From assembly GCA_964016885.1 (NCBI GenBank), contig OZ024743.1:214272001-214336000 (forward strand): a stretch of 64,000 nucleotides of DNA, given 5' to 3'. The stretch is from Eledone cirrhosa. Taxonomy: Eukaryota. The notes beneath the pieces were generated by a model. It was not told the origin of the DNA, searched no databases, and was given only the letters and a program-made list of their open reading frames with translations. Position numbers and translations under genes: made by a program. Shown here one piece after another: positions 13,401-25,008 of this stretch (the first letter of the stretch is position 1; each line of letters begins with the position of its first letter).

Positions 13401-14976
13401 CTACGAAAAGTGAGAGCAGGATACAAGTTGGGAAAGTGAGAGCTTACCATCAATCACCTCCTCTTCATGGACGATCTTAAGCTCTTCGGGATGAGTGAGA
13501 AGGAGTTGGATGTGCTTGTTGACACTGTCCGTATTTTCAGCAGTGATATATGTATGCAGTTTGGTATTAGTAAATGTGGAGTCATTGTGATGAGGAGGGG
13601 TAGGTTGAGCAGAAGTAACGGAATCCAGATACCAACAAGTGAGATGATAAAGGAAATTGACTCTGAGGAAGGATACAAGTATTTGGGCGTTCTGGAGGCT
13701 GATGGCATAAAGAACAAAAAAATGAAGGAATTGTTAAGAACTGAATACATTCGGAGAGTAAGGAGCGTATTGAAGTCACATCTGAACAGCAGAAATGCCA
13801 TAAGTGCAGTAAATTCCCGAGCTGTGTCTATAATTAGGTACAGTGCGGGAATTCTGAGATGAATGTTGCTGAACAAAAAGAAATGGATAGGAAGACTAGG
13901 AAGCTATTGACTATCTACAACATGTTCCACAAGAGGAGTGATGTCGATAGACTCTACCTAAGGAGATCTGAGGGTGGAAGAGGTCTTATCAGCATAGAGG
14001 ACTGTGTTCAGATGGAGAAAAACAACCTATACAAATACGTGACTGATAGTAAGGAGCCAATGTTCAGAACTGTACTGAAGGAGGGGACAGTAGGCCAGGG
14101 GATGTCCAAGGAGGAAATAACATCAAAGAGAAAGAGCAGCCTTCAGGAAAAATCCCTTCATAGTACCTTCTTTGAGAAAACTGAATTTAGAGATCCACAG
14201 ACATGGAACTGGTTGAGAAGAGCAGACCTCAAAAAGGCTACAGAAGGAATGGTAATGGCTGCGCAGGAGCAGGCCCTCAAAACGAAGTGGTTGAAGCACC
14301 ATATTTACAAAGACGAGGCTAGTCCACTGTGCAGTATCTGTGGAGAGAGAGAGGAGACTGTGGCTCACATTGTATCCGAGTGTAAACACCTAGCCCAGAC
14401 CCACTATAAGGGCTGGAGACATGATGTGATGGGCAGCGTGATGCACTGGCACCTGTGCAAAGTAAACAATTTACCACATTCTGAGAAATGGTATGAGCAT
14501 AGGCCAGAGGCGGTGATGGAGAACGATCAGGTGAAGGTGCTGTGGGATTTTAGGATACAGGCGGACAAGAAACTGGAACACAATAGACCTGACCTGGTTG
14601 TTGTGGACAAAGAAAAAAGATCGTGCCTGATTGTGGATGTGGCCTGCCCGTTCGACACGAGAGTGCAAGAGAAGGAGAGGGAGAAAATTAACCGATACCA
14701 GCACCTAAAGTGGGAGGTGAAAAGGATTTGGAACTGCCATGAAGTCAAAGTGATCCCGATTGTCATGGGCGCACTGGGGACTATCTCCAAATGTTTCCAG
14801 GGATGGTTAAAGAAAATCGGCCCCTTCACGCTTTTTGGAACGCTTCAAAAGGCATGCTTGCTGGGAACAGCAAGAACCCTCCGATACGTCCTGAATATCT
14901 GAGGCTGCAGGTAGTGGCTAGATATTCATTCCAACGGACTTTCCAGTTAACCAACATCAATGACTGAGATTCAAGG
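10465..14976 (+). mobile_element. R4/Dong copy 3, full length, defective
   Basis: ORF pieces 11531..12718, 12715..13116, 13110..13439, 13467..13862 and 13859..14902 (RLE region in frame). Same 3' UTR followed by (TAA)n. Confidence 0.92.
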
Positions 14977-14985
14977 AATAACAAC

Positions 14986-15023
<38 letters not shown>

Positions 15024-15028
15024 TAATA

Positions 15029-16303
15029 ATGGCATAAAGAACAAAAAAATGAAGGAATTGTTAATAACTGAATACATTCGGAGAGTAAGGAGCGTATTGA
15101 AGTCACATCTGAACAGCAGAAATGCCATAAGCGCAGTAAATTCCCGAGCTGTGTCTATTATTAGGTACAGTGCGGGAATTCTGAGATGGAATGTTGCTGA
15201 ACAAAAAGAATGGATAGGAAGACTAGGAAGCTATTGACTATCTACAACATGTTCCACAAGAGGAGTGATGTCGATAGACTCTACCTAAGGAGATCTGAAG
15301 GTGGAAGAGGTCTTATCAGCATAGAGGACTGTGTTCAGATGGAGAAAAACAACCTATACAAATACGTGACCTATAGTAAGGAGCCAATGCTCAGAGCTGT
15401 ACTGAAGGAGGGGACAGTAGGCCAGGGGATACCCAAGGAGGAAATAACATCAAGGAGGAAGAGCAGCCTTAAGGGAAAATCCCTTCATAGTACCTTCTTT
15501 GAGAAAACTGAATTTAGAGATCCACAGACATGGAACTGGTTGAGAAGAGGAGACCTCAAAAAGGCTACAGAAGGAATGCTAATGGCTGCGCAGGAGCAGG
15601 CCCTCAAAACGAAGTGGTTGAAGCACTATATCTACAAGGAGGAGGCTAGCCCACTGTGCAGGATCTGTGGAGAGAGAGAGGAGACTGTGGCTCACATTGT
15701 GTCCGAGTGTAAACACCTAACCCAGACCCACTATAAGGGCTGGAGACACGATGTGATGGGCAGGGTGATCCACTGGCACCTGTGCAAAGTAAACAATCTA
15801 CCACATTCTGAGAAATGGTATGAGCATAGGCCAGAGGCGGTGATGGAGAACAGTCAGGTGAAGGTGCTGTGGGATTTTAGGATACAGACGGACAAAAAAC
15901 TGGAACACAATAGACCTGACCTGGTGGTTGTGGACAAAGAAAAAAGATCGTGCCTGATTGTGGATGTGGCCTGCCCGTTCGACACGAGAGTGCAAGAGAA
16001 GGAGAGGGAGAAAATTAACCGATACCAGGACCTAAAGTGGGAGGTGAAAAGGATTTGGAACTGCCATGAAGTCAAAGTGATCCCGATTGTCATAGGCGCA
16101 CTGGGGACTATCTCCAAAGGTTTCCAGGGATGGTTAAAGAAAATCGGCCCCTTCACGCTTTTTGGAACGCTTCAAAAGGCATGCTTGCTTGGAACGGCAA
16201 GAACCCTCCGATACGTCCTGAATATCTGAGGCTGCAGGTAGTGGCTTGATATTCAATCCAACGGACTTTCCAGTTAACCAACATCAATGACTGAGATTCA
16301 AGG
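15029..16303 (+). mobile_element. R4/Dong copy 4, 5'-truncated, nearly identical to copy 1
   Basis: Begins mid-RT (atggcataaagaac) directly after (TAA)n. ORF 15210..16229 carries an intact CCHC and RLE, followed by the 3' UTR and (TAA)n. Confidence 0.92.
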
Positions 16304-16315
16304 AATAACAATAAC

Positions 16316-16348
<33 letters not shown>

Positions 16349-16349
<1 letters not shown>

Positions 16350-17716
16350 TGAGCAGAAGCCACGGAATCCAGGTATCAACATGTTAGATGATAAAGAAAA
16401 TTGACACTGTAGAGGGATACAAATATTTAGGTGTTCTGGAGGCAGAGGACACCAAGAACAAAAAAGTGAAGGAATTGATAAGATCTTAATACATAAGGAG
16501 AGTAAGGACCATGTTAAAATCACATCTAAATAGTAAGAATGTCATAAGTGCAGTAAATTCCCGAGCTGTGTCTATTATTAGGTACAGTGCGGGAATTCTG
16601 AAATGGAATGTTGCTGAACAAAAAGAAATGGATAGGAAGACAAGGAAGCTAATGACTATCTACATGTTCCACAAGAGGAGTGATGTCGATAGACTCTACT
16701 TAAAGAGATCTGAAGGTGTAAGAGGTCTTATCAGAATCGAGGACTGTGTTCAGATGGCGAAAAACAACCTACATAAATACGTGACTGATAGTTGGAGCCA
16801 ATGCTCAAGATTGTAATGAAAGAGAAGACAATAGACCAGGGGATGTTCAAGGAGGAAATAACAACAAGGAGAAAGAGCAATCTTCATGAAAAATCCCTTC
16901 ATATAACCTTCTTTAAGAAAACGGAATTTAGAGATCCACAGACATGGAACTGGTTAAAAAGAGGAGAGCTTAAAAGAGCTACAGAAGGAATGGTAATGGC
17001 TGCGCAAGAGCAAGACCCCAGAAAGAAGTGGGTGACACACCATATTGAGAAGAAGGAGGCTAGCCCACTGTGTAGGATCTGTGGAGAGAGAGAGGGGAGA
17101 CTGTGGCTCACATTGTATCCGAGTGTAAAACCTAGCCCAGACTCACTATAAAGGCTGGAGACACGATGTGATAGGCAGGGTGATCCACCGGCATCTATGC
17201 AAAGTAAACAATTTACCAAATTCTGAGAAGTGGTATGACCATAAGCCAGAGTCGGTGATAGAAAACGATCAGGTGAAGGTGCTATGGGATTTTAGGATAC
17301 AGACGGATAAGAAATTAGAACACAATAGACTTGGCCTGGTGGTTTTGGACAATGAAAAAGATCGTGCCTGATTGTAGATGTAGCCTGCCTATTTGACACG
17401 AGAGTGCAATAAAGGAGAAGGGAGAAACTTAACCGATACCAGGTTTTAAAGTGGGCGTTAAAAAGGATTTGGAACTGCCATGAAATCATGGTCGTTCCGA
17501 TTGTCATAGACGCATTGGTACTATCTCAAAGAGTTTCTAAGGATGGTTAAAGAAGTTTAGTCCAGTCCCGCTTTTTGGAACACTTCAAAATGCATGTTTG
17601 TTGGGAACAGCAAGAACCCTCCGATACGTCCTGAATGTCTGAGGCCGCAGGTAATGGCTTCATATTCATTTCAACAAACCTTCCAGTTAAATAATATCAA
17701 TGACTGAGTCTCAAAG
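16349..17716 (+). mobile_element. R4/Dong copy 5, 5'-truncated, older and degraded
   Basis: Fragmented ORFs 16511..17371 homologous to the C-terminal half. Diverged 3' UTR with a short TAA tail. Confidence 0.88.
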
Positions 17717-17728
17717 AACAATAATAAT

Positions 17729-17862
17729 AATTGTTTCTATTTTTGGCACAAGGCCAGCAATTATCCCAGTGCATTACTGGTGCTTTATTTTATCGACCCT
17801 GTAAAGATGAAAGGCAATGTTAACCTCGGCGAGATTTCAACTCAGTCCGTAAAGGGACGTAA
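17729..17862 (-). mobile_element. tRNA-derived Nin-type SINE, 5'-truncated
   Basis: Matches the SINE copies at 24328, 29058 and 29281 (ttgtttcta...ggcacaaggcc...tcgaccc...gatgaaaggc). Confidence 0.8.
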
Positions 17863-18916
17863 TGGAATTTGGCCTTAATAAGTGTGGAGTCCTGATGATG
17901 AAAATGGGTACATTGAACAAGAGCAACGAAATAAAGTTACCAGCGGGTGACATGATAAAAGAAATCGACACTGGAGAGGGATAAAGGTAATTGGGTGTTC
18001 TGGAGGCAGACAGCATCAAGAAAAATGAAATGAAGGAATTGATAAGATCTGAATCCATAAGGAGATTAAAGAACATACTAAAATCACATCTAAATAGTAG
18101 GGATGTCATAAGTGCAGTAAATTCTCGAGCTGTGTCTATTATTAGGTACACCGCTGGAATACTGAAGAAAAAAAAAATGGATAGAAAGACTAGGAAGCTA
18201 ATGATTACCTACAGCATGTTCCAGAAGCGGAGTGATGTTGATAGACTCTACTTAAAGAGATCTGAAGGTGGAAGAGGTCCTATCAGCTTAGAAGATTGTG
18301 TTCAGTTGGAAAAGGCATTCTACACAAATATGTCTCTGAGAGTAGGGGGGCGGTATTCAAAGTTGTACTGAAGGAATAGACAATAGACCAAGCATGAATA
18401 AACAACAAAGCGGAAGAGAAACCTTCGTGAAAAACCCTTCATGGCACCTGTTTTAAGACTACGGAATTCACAGATTGACAGACATGGAGCTGATTAAAAG
18501 GAGGAGCCCTTAAAGAAGCTACAGAGGGAATGCTACTGGCTGCACAAGAGCGAGCCCTCTGAACAAAGTGGGTGAAACACTATATTGACAAGACTAGCCC
18601 ATTGTGTAGGATCTGTGGAGGAAGAGAGGGAACTGTGGCTCACATCGTATCCGAGTAGAAACACGTAGAACAGACTCACTATAAAGGATGGCGTCATGGA
18701 GGCACGGTGCAATAAGAAAGTGGTTCACTGTCATTTACGCAAACTAAATAAATTACCATATTCTGCGAAGTGGTATCAGCATAAGTCAGAGTCGGTGATA
18801 GAATACAATCGAGTGATTTCAGGATACAGACAGACAAGAAATTAGAACACAATAGGCCCGACCTGGTAGTTTTTGAGAATGAAAAAAGATTGTGCCTGAT
18901 TGTAGATGTAGACTGC
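17862..18916 (+). mobile_element. R4/Dong copy 6, most degraded fragment
   Basis: MEFGLNKCG..., GVLEADSIK..., KRSDVDRLYLKRSEGGRG, ...HNRPDLVV...CLIVDV, with many stops and frameshifts. Confidence 0.85.
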
Positions 18917-19279
18917 TACTCTACGTCTTTCACCACACACCAGAAAGCCAAGGCAGGAAGGCGTAAAAGAACAAGGAGGACACTTGACCCTTATGATAAC
19001 ATATGCTACCTAAAGTTGTCACATTTCAATAGGATGACGACAGCTGCATCAGAAGCAATTCGTAGTAAGGGATTGAATATACCTGTGGCACAAAGACACA
19101 CCTACGCGCATACACACTCACAAATATATATATATTAGCAAATAGCTTTCACCGTATTTTTTGACTAAAGAAAGTTTAGTCTGATAATGGGGTTTAGAAC
19201 CCTCAGATAAAAATATGAGTATTGACGTACACACACCCACACACATATACGTATATACATATATAAATATATATATATA

Positions 19280-19860
19280 TTGTTATACTTGGGGAGGGTG
19301 ATATTGTTGTAATAATATTTCCAGAAATAATAACGTAACACACTCACTGTGTCATAATTTAAATATTTACCTTGTTTGGTGTGGTGAGATTTTGAATTTC
19401 CTTAACGCCTTTCTGTTTGTAACGTTCGTTAATTTTCGTATATGTTATTCTTTTCATATTGACTGTTAACGTGTGTTTTAGGCGTTCAGCTTGTGTTTTG
19501 TTTAATAATAAATTATTTACTTGTTTTGATCTGTTTGTCGTGTATATTTTGAAGGAAACACAGTGTTTTAAGAAGCGAATTTGTTCTGTTTTTATTGTAG
19601 TTTTTATATAACAGAAAACAGTGTCTTTCAATAACCTTTCAGCTTGGCACAAGCTAATGCCATGGCGGCGATGAATTTGTTTTGCACTTTTTTTTTATAT
19701 GAACTCGTGTGTCGAAACAAATATTGTTATACTTGGGGAGGGTAATATTTTTGTAATAATATTGCCAGAAATAATAACAGAACACACTCACAGTTATTAT
19801 TTCTGGCAATATTATTACAACCCTCCCTAAGTATAACAATATTTGTTTCGACACACATAC
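19280..19860 (-). mobile_element. Penelope-like element ORF N-terminal relic, with a 150-bp hairpin at 19707-19856
   Basis: The minus strand reads, with one frameshift, TLPKYNNICFDTR...KQIHRRHGISLCQAERLLK...EQIRFLKHCVSFKIY, resembling the PLE N-terminal pattern (RYG...HLxFLxxC). The same TLPKYNN start occurs at 21650-21727. Confidence 0.45.
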
Positions 19861-19877
19861 ACATATATTTGCAAAAC

Positions 19878-19957
<80 letters not shown>

Positions 19958-20535
19958 TTATGTGTGCGTGTGTGTATGTGTGTGTGTGTTTGTGTGTATA
20001 TATATGCGTGTGTATATGCGCACACGTGTGTTTTTGTCTCCGTGTGTGTGATTGTGTTTGATTTGCTATGCCTGTTGGTATCTATGTAATACGTATAGAT
20101 GCTTGTAATTCTGAGAGGAAATACTTCAGTTTTTTTGTGAGAGAACAAATACGGACAAATTAATTTTAATGCGATCTTTCTCGATGTACAGCTGCGTTCA
20201 TCGGGAACTTTATATAGTTTGTAAGTCAATTAAATATTTTGCAGTAAGCTGCTTCTTAAAATACTCTGTCCATAAATTACTGCATTATAATTCATTTAGG
20301 CTATACGTAATCGAGTTTAAATTATCTCCGACGTATGTAGATACACATATAGATACCGCATTACGTACGGGGGTAACATACGCTGATACTGGTATTAGAA
20401 ACCTACATAAAGAAAACCAAAATTCTGCGACTTCGCTCAACAACGTCTGCGACAAATATGTTACGTGTAATGAGATAATCATTGAGTAGGAATATACAGA
20501 ATCTTAAACATAGTCAGTTTCACACATATCCGTAA

Positions 20536-20596
<61 letters not shown>

Positions 20597-20801
20597 TATG
20601 TATACGTACATACGTATATGTATACAGACGTAAAGTAGTATTAATATATATACATAAATGCACACATTTATATATATATGTACGTATGTATTTACCGAAC
20701 ATTTATTATAATTCTCGGTTTGTTTGTAAACAAACATCCCGAATTAAGCCGTACAGTGTTTAGCAACCATCATTACCCTTTTGTACAACACTGACAAAGG
20801 A

Positions 20802-20844
20802 ACGATGTACTAGTTTCAAGCTTATTAGCTATCGTTACAACCGT
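20802..20844 (-). ncRNA. Hammerhead ribozyme, family A, degenerate core
   Basis: Reverse complement acggtt-GTAACGA-tagctaataagctt-GAAA-ctag-TA-catcgt. The CUGA core is mutated. Confidence 0.6.
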
Positions 20845-21270
20845 ATACCTTCCTCCCAGATGAATGAACGTCTGAAAATATATACTTTCCTTACGCATAT
20901 TAACGGCTGAGCAGCCTAATTTGCATATCGAGTGAGTTAAACGGCCGGGCGCACCGAAAACAAATCGAGCATTATAATAAATGTTCGGTAAATCCATACG
21001 TATATATATATATATGCATGCATGTATGTATATATATACATACTACTGTACGTCTGTATACATATATATATATGTACGTATACATACTTATATTTAAGTA
21101 ACAGCCGTACTAAGAGTGAGAAATAACATTTCGTTTCATTTTTTCCATTTATGGTTTTCTGTGCGCCCGGCCGATTAACTCACTCGATATGCAAATTAGG
21201 CTGCTCAGCCGTTAATATGCATAAGGAAAGTATATACTTCCAGACGTTCAATCATCTGGCAGGAAGGTAT

Positions 21271-21313
21271 ACGGTGCTGACGATAGCTAATAAGCTTGAA
21301 ACTAGTACATCGT
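21271..21313 (+). ncRNA. Minimal type I hammerhead ribozyme, family A
   Basis: acggtg-CTGACGA-t-agct-aata-agct-t-GAAA-ctag-TA-catcgt. Stem I acggtg/catcgt, palindromic stem III ACTAGT, GUA cleavage triplet. Confidence 0.85.
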
Positions 21314-21576
21314 GTCTTTGTCAGTGTTGAACAAAAGGACAACGATAGTTGCTAAACATTGTACGGCTTAATTCGGGATGTTTGTTTGCAAACAAACCGA
21401 GCATTATAATAAATGTTCGGTAAACCCATACGTACATATATATATGTGTGTGCATGTATGTATATATATACATACTACTGTACGTCTGTAGACATATATG
21501 TATGTACGTATACATACTTGTATTTAAGTAACAGCAGTAATAATAGTGAGAAATGAAATTTCGTTTCATTTGTTCC

Positions 21577-21644
<68 letters not shown>

Positions 21645-21648
<4 letters not shown>

Positions 21649-22130
21649 TTTCTGAATTTGTTTAGCAAGATTCTTTATCTGAAATCGTGTGTTGATACCG
21701 ATATTGTTATACTTTGGGAGGGTCATGTTGCCAATAAGAAACACACGCAAGAACTTTGACAATATATAATCAACTGTCTGGTTGTGGAACCAACCAACCA
21801 ACCAGAAATTTATAAATGTATAAATTCCTAAATTTATAAATTTATTATAATAAATTGAAGTGAAATCAACTGGTGCGAGTGTTTCTTATTGGCAGAAACA
21901 CACGCACCAGTTGCTTTCACTTCAATTTAATTTATTATATATTTATAAATTTACAAATTTATAAATTTCTGGTTGGTTGGTTGGTTCCACAACCAGATAG
22001 TTGTTTATATATATATAGTCATAGTTCTTTCGTCACACACTCTGTGACCTCTTCAGTGACTGGGGATTTCTTTCTTCGTTTCTGTGCCTTTCTTTTCTTC
22101 TATCCTACGCCATTTTGTTTGTGGTATATA
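21645..22130 (-). mobile_element. Penelope-like pseudo-LTR plus ORF start, with an internal inverted duplication (~21770-21886 / 21894-22005)
   Basis: Contains an HHR at 22017-22061 upstream of MTLPKYNNIGINTRFQIKNLAKQIQKRY. A related copy lies at ~47735-47960. Confidence 0.55.
22017..22061 (-). ncRNA. Minimal type I hammerhead ribozyme (family D)
   Basis: Reverse complement agtca-CTGAAGA-g-gtcaca-gagtg-tgtgac-GAAA-gaac-TA-tgact. Confidence 0.75.
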
Positions 22131-22244
22131 TATACCACTGGTATATATATATACATACATATATATGTATAAACAATGAGTTATATGGTTTGTTGATCAT
22201 TCAACAAAGTTAATTTACAACAGATTAGAGTCACTCTATAGAAA

Positions 22245-22380
22245 AACACCCGAGAATTTATAGTTTTCTCCTCTGTGTAAATGAGGTGATTAATCTCATT
22301 TGCATACGAAGCTGCATAAGTTGGCTCAACTTGTAATAGAAAAGAAATAGGATTTCGCTTCAAGCATAGCTTTATACAAT
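22245..22380 (-). repeat. Fragment of hammerhead repeat family B (octamer-containing part, no ribozyme)
   Basis: Reverse complement matches ~25122-25252. Another rearranged fragment lies at ~26617-26755. Confidence 0.7.
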
Positions 22381-22381
22381 A

Positions 22382-23309
22382 CTAGCAGTAAAGTCCGGCG
22401 TTGCTCGGGGCTTCTCAGTAGCTGTGTTAAAGTTACAATGTTAAGTTCATTTCTTGGCTTTAAAACTGTAGAGTGTACAGTGTAGACTTTCATGTGCTAC
22501 TTTTGATTAATATTCCCTCAAAAAACAGTATGCCTTATGAAGTTAAGAAAACTAACCATAATCCGAGTGTTAAAACAAAAGTGGATGCTGGTGATAAAAA
22601 TTACACTGGTAATTTATTAACAAAAATCAAAAATGTAAACACTGCAACACTTGTCTCAGAGAAGAACATCAGCGTAACCAACCTATCAGTTATTTTGAAA
22701 CAAAGAAATTGGATGGACATGAAAAAAAAAAATGCGTTATCTGTCTGTCGTTTAAAATCATTGCTTCTAAATGAAAATCTCATAACGCTTTATTAGAGAT
22801 CAATGCTTTTTTTTACAACATATTTGCTTGTTTTACGGTGTATTCAAATAGGCTTGTTTTCAAGTAAAAATATTGTTTTAAAAGACTTTTTAATGGAAAT
22901 GAAGCAAAATAGAAGTTTAGTGCTGAAACTTCGAACTCATGAATTTTGTAGGTTAAAATTTTGCTGGTCCGAAAACTTACGCGTATTTTTGTACTTTTGC
23001 ATGCATCGTATATTCGTAACTTAAATAGATAGACTGAATGACGCCATAAAAGAGAAATAACTCGTCTCTCATCTCTATTTATACATTTGAACTGAAAAAT
23101 CAATACATTACAAGTTCGATATTTACACTTGGTCTGGGTCGACTTGAAATTTATTTTAACCGATGTCGCCGCCTAAGCTTCATCTATAAGTGTAGCAATT
23201 TCACCGAAATTTGAACGTACGGTTTAGGAGGAGATGTGTGCCGACCGTTTTAGTAGACAGACATATATACAGACACAGAGACAGACAACCCCTGTTTTAT
23301 ATATATAGA
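22382..23309 (-). mobile_element. Non-autonomous Helitron
   Basis: The minus strand starts TCtatatatataaaa with GTCT repeats and ends with the hairpin cccgagcaacgccgg plus CTAG. The 3' end is shared with 39469-40479. Confidence 0.7.
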
Positions 23310-24070
23310 CTAGCAGAAAACCACCCGGTGAGCTTTTTTCTGCTAGCAGATCTAGTGTATATACTGATACTGTTGAGATTTGGATGATAAATGTTTTCGG
23401 CACCACATGTTCACCACCTCTCGGTGTGTATTTTATGCATGTATAAATATATATGTTATCTATACGGTGAAATCTTTGAAATAAATATATGTTAAAATGA
23501 AACAGTAGAAAAAAGAGAATAGTGACGGAAATATAAACGTTATGATACATAAACGTTATGATATAACGATGGAAATATATAAACGTTTACGATAAAACGA
23601 TGGAAATAGAAACGTTTATATATAATGATAAGCCGAAACACTCGTAAGCCGAACTACTCGCAAGTCGAAACACTCGTAAAGCGAAACGTATAAATAAAGA
23701 TTGATGTAATGAATTTGAAAAGCATAGAGATTTGAAACCGCGTCTATTTGTTTCCTTGGCATTTTTTACAAATAAACAGAGAAATGCCCATTATATATTA
23801 TAAGTAGACTTGGCATGGTGTCAAGTCAGAACCGCCTCGAACTGGTTACTTCTGGCTCGTGCAAGGTGTCTCTATAGCAACCAGCGATTCCCTCGGCCGC
23901 ATTGACCAAAGTCAGTGGAGACGGGAAGGTAATGTTTCTATAGCGACAGTGTTTCTCTTGGTAGTACCAAAGTGGAGAAAGGAAGGGGAAGGTAATATTT
24001 CTGTAGCACCTACATTTGAGTTTTCGGGAAGGACAGACAGACAGACAAACAGAGAAATGCCCATATATTT
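23310..24070 (-). mobile_element. Two further Helitron-like units abutting head to tail (junctions at 23309/23310 and ~23808/23809)
   Basis: Junctions read ...ataga|ctag and ...gtaga|cttg. Both units end in acagagaaatgcccat..., and a similar end lies at 24765-24806. Confidence 0.5.
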
Positions 24071-24071
24071 C

Positions 24072-24141
<70 letters not shown>

Positions 24142-24327
24142 GAAATGTATATATATTTCTGTGTGTGTATATATATATATTACACACACAGAAATGTATA
24201 TATATTTCTTAGAACAAAATTATTATTAATGTTTTGCTGTTCATAACAATTAGAATTGAAAAATTACTTTTGAAGTTATTAGTTATTTTACTAATGCTTA
24301 GATATGTAAAAATGAAGCAATGTTTCT

Positions 24328-24518
24328 AATAATTGTTTCTACTTTTGGCACAAGGCCAGCAATTAACCAGTACTTTACTGGTACTTTATTTTATCGACCC
24401 CGGGAGTATGAAAGGCAAAGTTAACCTCGGCGGTATTTGCACTCAGACCGTAAAGGGACGTAACTCCATGCTATGAAGCATGGTGTCCGACTCTCTACAG
24501 ATTTGCCAATCCACCACC
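24328..24518 (-). mobile_element. tRNA-derived Nin-type SINE
   Basis: Degenerate A and B boxes plus the core gcctttcat...gggtcgataaaataaagtaccag on the minus strand. Confidence 0.82.
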
Positions 24519-24968
24519 CTAATGTCTGTACGTAATGAGGGAGTGAGAGGAGAGAGAAAGAAAGGCAGAGGTGAAGTGACGAAGTGACTCTCTCCTCCTG
24601 CTCCTCCTCCTCCTCAATCTCCCCATTCGTCACAGCGATAGAGGGGAGGAATGTTAGTGTGTTACAAAGAGAAAGATTGTGAGTGAGAGAAACAGACAGA
24701 CTAAAAGAAAGGGATAGCTGGAGAGAGAGATAACAACCACGCGCGCACGTGTTTCCACTGTCGGACAGACAGACAGAGAAATTGCTGGTTATATATTATA
24801 AGGAGATGTATAGAAATTTCGTATTTCGAAAGAAATACGATTTTAAAGTTGAGCCAACTTATGCAGCTTCATATGCAAATGAGATTAATCACCTCATTTA
24901 CACAGACGAGAAAACCATATATTCTTGGCTGGTTTCAAGTCCGGCAATCGCAGAGCAGTGGGAGGGAT

Positions 24969-25008
24969 CGTCCTGACGATAGCCAGTCAAGCCTGAAATG
25001 CATAGACG
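24969..25008 (+). ncRNA. Minimal type I hammerhead ribozyme, family B
   Basis: cgtc-CTGACGA-tagccagtcaagcct-GAAA-tgca-TA-gacg. Palindromic stem III ATGCAT, and stem I extends via gaggga/tccctc. Confidence 0.78.

Larger units (their letters stand above)
20594..21580. mobile_element. Hammerhead repeat family A, cluster 1 (one minus unit plus ~1.3 plus units, inversion at ~20960)
   Basis: Same monomer as 27347-28318 and 30852-33010, flanked by (TA)n. Confidence 0.85.

Noticed and set aside
2359-17507. Minus-strand ORFs over the R4 copies
   Set aside because: Antisense shadows of the retrotransposon ORF with no independent motifs.
23520-23690. Short regularly spaced repeats, superficially CRISPR-like
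   Set aside because: Tandem minisatellite without unique spacers, in eukaryotic context with no cas genes.
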